Part shown: piece after piece, positions 26,197-27,186 of the stretch
Layout: every line of letters begins with the position of its first letter
Numbering within the stretch: position 1 is the first letter of the stretch
Virus record (IMG/VR): IMGVR_UViG_2537561936_000020
Location: 1 to 27,186 of that record
Length of the DNA stretch: 27,186 nt
DNA from: a virus
Lineage: Duplodnaviria; Heunggongvirae; Uroviricota; Caudoviricetes
Reading direction: 5' to 3' (one strand)
Notes under the pieces: generated by a model
Databases searched by the model: none
Told to the model about the DNA's origin: nothing
What the model saw: the letters and a program-made list of their open reading frames with translations, nothing else
Program-made: the position numbers and the translations under genes

Positions 26197-27186
26197 ATGG
26201 CAATTAAAGCGCTCGATGGTGGACGGTATAAAGTGGATGTTAGACCGCGTGGCCGAAGTGGACGTCGGATTCAGCGGATTTTTAAGAAAAAGGCAGATGC
26301 AGTGGCCTTTGAGCGTTATGTTCTCAGCCACATGCACGATAAGGAATGGCTTGAAAAGCCAACAGAGCAACGTCATCTCTCAGATCTGCTTCCGTTATGG
26401 TGGGAATTGGGTGGACGCAATAAGCCATATGCTAACGGCGTTCTAACCAGGTTGAAAAAAATCATCAAAGAAATGAATGATCCAAGGGTTAGCCAGATTA
26501 ATGCTCGTTTCATGGCCGCTTATCGAAGCTCCCGTTTATCCTTGGGAGTAAAAGAGTCTACTGTTCGGCGTGATGAGTCGGATCTCGGAGGAATGTTTAC
26601 ACTCCTGGCAAATGCCGGGGAATTTCACGGAGAAAATCCGCTCCGCGCCCTCCCCTCTTTGAAACGAAAATCACCCGAAATGACGTATCTCACCACGGAA
26701 GAAATCGCCAAATTACTGGATGCAGTAAGCGGTGATGCCCGGCGGATTACGCTACTTTGTCTCAGTACTGGGGCGAGATGGGGAGAAGCGAAAAATCTGC
26801 GCGCGGAACACATCATCAATAATCGCGTGACGTTTAACAAAACTAAAAACGGAAAAGTTCGAATTATTCCTGTCTCTGATGAAGTTGTTAGTGAGATCAA
26901 AACAAAGAAATCCGGCCTTTTGTTTGACGTCAATTATGAGGAATATCGCAAGGTGCTTCGCAGTGTTAAGCCAGACCTACCAAAAGGACAGGCTGTACAT
27001 GTTCTACGCCATACCTTTGCTGCTCACTTTATGATTAATGGAGGAAATATACTTACGCTCCAGCGAATTATGGGGCACGCCACGATCCAGCAAACTATGA
27101 CCTATGCGCACCTCGCTCCTGATTTCCTCCAGGATGCAATTTCACTTAATCCGTTAAAAGGAGGCATCCACATTTCATCCACATAA
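26197..27186 (+). CDS. int: Tyrosine integrase (P2 Int-like)
   Basis: MAIKALDGGRYKVD…LSTGARWGEA…HVLRHTFAAHFMINGG…AHLAP. GGAGGG sits 7-13 nt upstream. The stop codon is the last three bases of the window. Confidence 0.9.
   Translation: MAIKALDGGRYKVDVRPRGRSGRRIQRIFKKKADAVAFERYVLSHMHDKEWLEKPTEQRHLSDLLPLWWELGGRNKPYANGVLTRLKKIIKEMNDPRVSQINARFMAAYRSSRLSLGVKESTVRRDESDLGGMFTLLANAGEFHGENPLRALPSLKRKSPEMTYLTTEEIAKLLDAVSGDARRITLLCLSTGARWGEAKNLRAEHIINNRVTFNKTKNGKVRIIPVSDEVVSEIKTKKSGLLFDVNYEEYRKVLRSVKPDLPKGQAVHVLRHTFAAHFMINGGNILTLQRIMGHATIQQTMTYAHLAPDFLQDAISLNPLKGGIHISST

Noticed and set aside
1-27186. CRISPR arrays, transposases or IS elements
   Set aside because: No regularly spaced short direct repeats with unique spacers, no transposase-like ORFs and no terminal inverted repeats flanking any segment were seen.

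Overview
This window is an almost complete P2-like (Peduovirus-type) temperate phage genome, reverse-complemented relative to the usual P2 map. Reading right to left: integrase, C repressor and cox; an early operon of small ORFs; the rolling-circle replication gene A; a ParM/ParR type II partition cassette with upstream palindromic repeats in the position P2 uses for old/tin; a structured non-coding region that probably holds cos; portal Q and large terminase P on the + strand; then scaffold O, capsid N, small terminase M, L, X, holin, endolysin, spanins, R, S, V, W, J, I and tail fibre H on the - strand. Downstream of H is a Hin-family DNA invertase with four alternative tail-fibre tip cassettes, each preceded by a 26-bp hix/gix-like crossover site, and a single tail-fibre assembly gene. 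At the left edge, tape-measure T (partial) and U lie on the + strand, convergent with the H side, and gene D does not follow U. All calls come from reading the ORF translations and the DNA by eye; no database search was run.
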